A stretch of 64,000 nucleotides of DNA from an uncultured Gemmatimonadales bacterium (GTDB lineage: Bacteria > Gemmatimonadota > Gemmatimonadetes > Gemmatimonadales > GWC2-71-9), in contig CAWJIM010000019.1 of assembly GCA_963842945.1 (NCBI GenBank), positions 480,001 through 544,000 on the forward strand, read 5' to 3'. A program made the translations under genes and the position numbers. The notes below the pieces were generated by a model. That model made no database searches. It was not told where the DNA came from and was given only the letters and a program-made list of their open reading frames with translations. Positions 60,404 through 64,000 of the stretch are shown here, in pieces. Position 1 is the first letter of the stretch. Each line of letters opens with the position of its first letter.

Positions 60404-61296
60404 CTAGGAGCCGGCGACCACGAATGGGCTGCCCCCCAGCTTCGCTTTGATTTCAGGTACGACCGCGGCGGCCTCTGCCTTGGTTCGATAATCACCGATC
60501 CGGACCTTGTAGAATCCGCCTTCCTCAATGGTGATTGGATTGAATCCCTTGGACTTCAGCTTGCCGGCAACCGACTCAGCGGTGCCCTTGCTGCGTACCG
60601 CGCTGATTTGGATCCGATAATGGGTTACCGCCGGCGCAGCAGGCGCCGAGTCCGTTCGGGCAATGCTCGGAGGCGGGGCCGGAGGGGCCGGAGTGGCGCG
60701 CGACTGTCACTGCGCGGAGCTGGAGATGAAGGTGTCTCAGGGGTGGCGGCGAACTGACCACAACGCTGATTCAGGTACCGCAGCTGGTTCTGCAGCTCGA
60801 GATTGGCCGAGGAGTCCTTCAGACCCTCGGCGATCCAGCGACAGGCCAGATCGGGCTTTTTCTGGTCGAAGTAGGTGCGGGCGGCCCAATACGCTGTCTG
60901 CGGTATCAGCGGACTGCCGGGATAGTCGAGTCGAATCCGCTCCAGGTTGCGGGCTGCGCCATCCAGATTGGCGCTGGCGTAATCGAGTTGCACCAGCCGC
61001 AGCAGGGCATCATCGGCCCAGCTGGAGGACGGATACTCCACCGCAACCCGCTGCAGCTGACGCCGCATGTCGGAGGCGTCGCTGGCCACCATGGCCTGGG
61101 TGTAGACGATCTGAGGGTACAAGGTATCGGTCGGCGGAGTGGCGGTGAGCAGCTGCTGGACCTTGATCCGCGCCGAGTCGCTCTCACCTTCCTGCGCATT
61201 GCGGACCACTTCGACGAGGCGTGGATCGGTCTGTCCAAGGAGGGGAAGGACGGGAGTGACGGGAAGGACGGAGAGGCAGATCAGGAGCCTGCGCAT
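60404..61296 (-). CDS. TPR + SPOR domain periplasmic protein (frameshift in the linker)
   Basis: EYPSSSWADDALL TPR-like segment; alternate frame YRIQISAVRSKG...GGFYKVRIGDY...PFVV is a SPOR domain. Confidence 0.8.
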
Positions 61297-62351
61297 CAGG
61301 CTGCCTCCGCCGATTTCACGCCCAGACGCAACACGAGGTCCGTCAGCACTCCCCGCTCATCTGAGATGGTAGTGCTCTTGAGCGCCTGATCGGCCTGAAG
61401 ACAGGCTCCGAGTGCCGCATCGATGCGCCTGGCCGGCCAGCGATCTGCCAATCGCGACCAGCGAGCAGCCTCTTCCTTGTAGCCCAGCAGACCGGTCGGC
61501 CGGTTCTTCAGCAGCGCCTTGAACACCGTGTCTTCCAGGGCGCGGTCCCGGAGGCCTTTGTCCTGGAAGCGGCGGGTAATTCCCAGGCCGATGAGCGTTG
61601 TACCCAGCAGGGTAACCAGCTTCACTCCCGACATCCCGGGTTGGGCGAGAATTGCCGGCAAGAGGGTTATGGCGCGACCAGTTTCTCCCTCGAGTATCGC
61701 GGCTCGCCAGTCCCACTGGGTCTCCCCTCGCCTGACCCCGACGAGCTGACCGACTCTCTCGGGGGTGAGGGGATCGTCCGAGGGCAGTGACGCCAGTTTG
61801 GCCAGCTCGGAGCTCAGGGCCGCGAGATCGGAGCCAATCGCCTGCACTAAATGTTCGGCCGCGGCGCCCTCCAGACTCACACCCAAAATTCCAGCGCGGT
61901 GCAACAGCCACTTGGCCGCCCGTTCGGTGGGCAGGGGATCCAGCCGCACCACATACGAGCCTCGGGCGAGCTCCTTGTCCTCGGTCTCTTCAGCGGATCC
62001 CTGCACCAGCACCACCACCGTAGCGGGGCTGGGCCGCTCCAGATACCGCTGGAATTCGGATTTCGACTTGGTCTTACGGCGCCAGGCTTCCACCTCGCGA
62101 ATGACGACGACGCGTCGCTCGGCCATCATCGGGAGCGTATTGCACAGGGCGTGGATCTCTTCGGGATCGAGCTGGACGGCGGAACGCTGGTCGAGGTTGA
62201 AGTCTCGCATGGAGGGATCGAGCGCCCGGTCAACGATTGCCCGTACCGCCTCATCCTTGAGCACGTCCTCGAGGCCATACAGGTAATAGACCGGGGCGAG
62301 CTCGCCCTTAGTCAGCGACCGGAATAGCGCATCAAACGAGTGTGCCGGCAT
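61296..62351 (-). CDS. holA: DNA polymerase III delta subunit
   Basis: LAPVYYLYG.E, DFNLD, TLPMMAERRVVVI, ELAKL, ADQALKS. Confidence 0.9.
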   Translation of the reverse strand: MPAHSFDALFRSLTKGELAPVYYLYGLEDVLKDEAVRAIVDRALDPSMRDFNLDQRSAVQLDPEEIHALCNTLPMMAERRVVVIREVEAWRRKTKSKSEFQRYLERPSPATVVVLVQGSAEETEDKELARGSYVVRLDPLPTERAAKWLLHRAGILGVSLEGAAAEHLVQAIGSDLAALSSELAKLASLPSDDPLTPERVGQLVGVRRGETQWDWRAAILEGETGRAITLLPAILAQPGMSGVKLVTLLGTTLIGLGITRRFQDKGLRDRALEDTVFKALLKNRPTGLLGYKEEAARWSRLADRWPARRIDAALGACLQADQALKSTTISDERGVLTDLVLRLGVKSAEAA

Positions 62352-62408
62352 ACTGAAGGCTAACGTACCCCCTGTAATAAAGTCTCGTAAGACGGTCCGC
62401 CAGACGCG

Positions 62409-62945
62409 TCAGCGACGGAACCCCTGAACGAACATCAGCGCCACCAGCGTTTTGCCATCCAGAATTTCCCCGCTTCGCATCATGTTCATGGCCTCGGACC
62501 AACGCCGGGTATGCACCTCCATGAACTCGTCGGCCTCTCGGTTGTGAGTGCCCTTTTTCAGCTCGTGGGCCAGGAAAAGGTGAATCTTCTCGTCGGTGAA
62601 GCCGGGCGTGGTGTAGATCGTGGTGAGCCGAGCCAGTACGTCAGCGGTCATTCCGATCTCCTCTTCCAACTCGCGCTGAGCACAGGTTGACGGAGTCTCG
62701 CCGGGGTCGAGCCTTCCGGCGGGAATCTCCCAGATGTAACCGTTGGCGGCGTGGCGGAACTGGCGGATCAGGTATATCCGTGGGTCCGGGGCGCGTGGCT
62801 CATCGAGAAAGGGCACAACCGCCGAAGCCCCGGGGTGGCGGATCATCTCCAGCTGGCCGGTCGATTGATTGGGGAATTGGACCGTGTCCCGGTCCAGGTT
62901 GATGATCCTGCCGCTGTACAAGCGTTCGGAGGAGACGAGCGTCAT
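62409..62945 (-). CDS. NUDIX hydrolase (ADP-ribose pyrophosphatase-like)
   Basis: HPGASAVV, RQFRH, EIPAGRLDPGE...AQRELEEEIG, YTTPGFTDE, DGKT. Confidence 0.9.
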   Translation of the reverse strand: MTLVSSERLYSGRIINLDRDTVQFPNQSTGQLEMIRHPGASAVVPFLDEPRAPDPRIYLIRQFRHAANGYIWEIPAGRLDPGETPSTCAQRELEEEIGMTADVLARLTTIYTTPGFTDEKIHLFLAHELKKGTHNREADEFMEVHTRRWSEAMNMMRSGEILDGKTLVALMFVQGFRR

Positions 62946-63595
62946 GGGGCGGAGCGGTGGAAGGTGAGAGTTGAGGCCGAGGCGCGAAGCCATGCCACCG
63001 GTATCTTGAAGGCCTCGGCCGCCAGGTAGCGCAGCTCCAGCACCGGATTGTCCGAGATGGGACTGCTCTCGGTGGGTGAGGTGTAGGCCTCCAGGCCGGT
63101 ACCCCGCGCCTCGAGCCGCAACCGAAACATGTGAAATGGATCGCTGACCAGAATGACCCGCTTCAGATGGGCCGCCTGGAGCCAGCCGGCGACGGCGGTC
63201 ATCGATGCGTGAGTTGAACGGCCCTGAGGCTGGGAGATCACTGCGTCCGGCGGCACCTTCCGGTTCAGCAGGTAATGCCGAGCGACGGTGGCTTCGCTCA
63301 TCGTGTCTCCTCGACCGACCCCGCCGGTCACCACCAGTCGAGGGGCAAGGCCTTCGCGATACAGTTGCAGCGCGTGGTCCAGGCGCGCCCGAAACACCGG
63401 CGATGGCCGTCCGTTGTACTGGGCGGCGCCCAGCACGACAATGGCGTCGGCGGGGCGTCTCTGATCCTCCTGGCTGACCACCAGGACCATCAGCAGGGCC
63501 ACGGTGTACACCGATCCAGCGGCCAGAATGATCAGCCCGAGGACCCGGCGAAACTTCTGGAACGGCGAACGACGAGTGGGTCGTCCCCCCTTCAC
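62942..63595 (-). CDS. YdcF/DUF218 family protein
   Basis: ADAIVVLGAA, PSP...RLDHA, VTGG, SEA, VSDPFH. Confidence 0.88.
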   Translation of the reverse strand: MKGGRPTRRSPFQKFRRVLGLIILAAGSVYTVALLMVLVVSQEDQRRPADAIVVLGAAQYNGRPSPVFRARLDHALQLYREGLAPRLVVTGGVGRGDTMSEATVARHYLLNRKVPPDAVISQPQGRSTHASMTAVAGWLQAAHLKRVILVSDPFHMFRLRLEARGTGLEAYTSPTESSPISDNPVLELRYLAAEAFKIPVAWLRASASTLTFHRSAP

Positions 63596-64000
63596 AAGTC
63601 GAAGCTCTCGCCGTGCTTGGGGACTCGTACGTCGCGCACGCCCTCTTCCCGGAGAATCACTGCCATAGCCTCCAGCGCCGGTGGTTCTCCGTGGACTACG
63701 AACGCCCGGCGGATCGGCCCTCCCAGCCGGCGAACCCAGGCCCGGAGCTCATCCCGGTCCGCATGAGCCGAATAGCCGGTGATCGATTCCACTTCGGCCC
63801 TGCGCTCGTACTCCTGGCCCAGAATGCGGACCCGCTCCTGCCCGCTTTGAATTCGCCGACCCAGGGTGTGCTCGGCCTGAAACCCGACGAAGAGCACCAG
63901 ATTGCGGTGGTCTCCAATGCCATGGGCCAGATGGTGCAGGATGCGGCCCGATTCAGCCATGCCCGAAGCGGCAATAATCACCGCCGGTCCGGTATGGGAA
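63592..64000 (-). CDS. MBL-fold beta-CASP RNA hydrolase, C-terminal part (starts beyond the window)
   Basis: IIAASGMAESGRILHHL, VGFQAEHTLGR, YSAHAD, VHGE. Confidence 0.9.
   Translation of the reverse strand, partial: SHTGPAVIIAASGMAESGRILHHLAHGIGDHRNLVLFVGFQAEHTLGRRIQSGQERVRILGQEYERRAEVESITGYSAHADRDELRAWVRRLGGPIRRAFVVHGEPPALEAMAVILREEGVRDVRVPKHGESFDL

Noticed and set aside
61241..61280. GGGAAGGAC-like 9-nt repeats
   Set aside because: The period is a multiple of 3 and is explained by the LSVLPVTPVLP signal peptide.
2784..61296. Calling the frameshifted genes pseudogenes or programmed frameshifts
   Set aside because: Essential genes (yidC, polA) are hit, no shared slippery motif was seen, and the flanking motifs are undegraded.

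Overview
GC-rich bacterial chromosome segment, probably Gemmatimonadota (inferred from gene content; not verified), spanning the replication-origin region: dnaN-dnaA | rpmH-rnpA-yidD-yidC-mnmE, with rnpB nearby. It also holds a SUF Fe-S operon (sufR-like, sufBCDS, sufU) running into a bacilliredoxin and mnmG, plus polA, rnd, pyrE, mutS, ddl, holA and two Ser/Thr kinases. A signalling cluster at the right end comprises ECF sigma/anti-sigma/TPR-CHAT protease and SBP/histidine kinase/sigma54 activator/TPR lipoprotein. No mobile element, CRISPR array, tRNA or rRNA was seen. About a dozen genes, including essential ones, carry single-base frameshifts, most likely long-read errors. Best leads: (1) a candidate ~100-nt sRNA with an ECF/sigmaE-type promoter, an anti-SD-like seed and a strand-specific terminator; (2) a CRISPR-independent, membrane-anchored CHAT protease/anti-sigma/ECF module; (3) inverted pairs of (CGGGGCAG)x4 octamer arrays inside yidC and mutS; (4) a Bacillus-like bipartite oriC with DnaA-trios and degenerate DnaA boxes; (5) a complete sigma54 promoter architecture; (6) recurrent leaderless-type starts. 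All product calls come from motif recognition by eye; no database searches were run.
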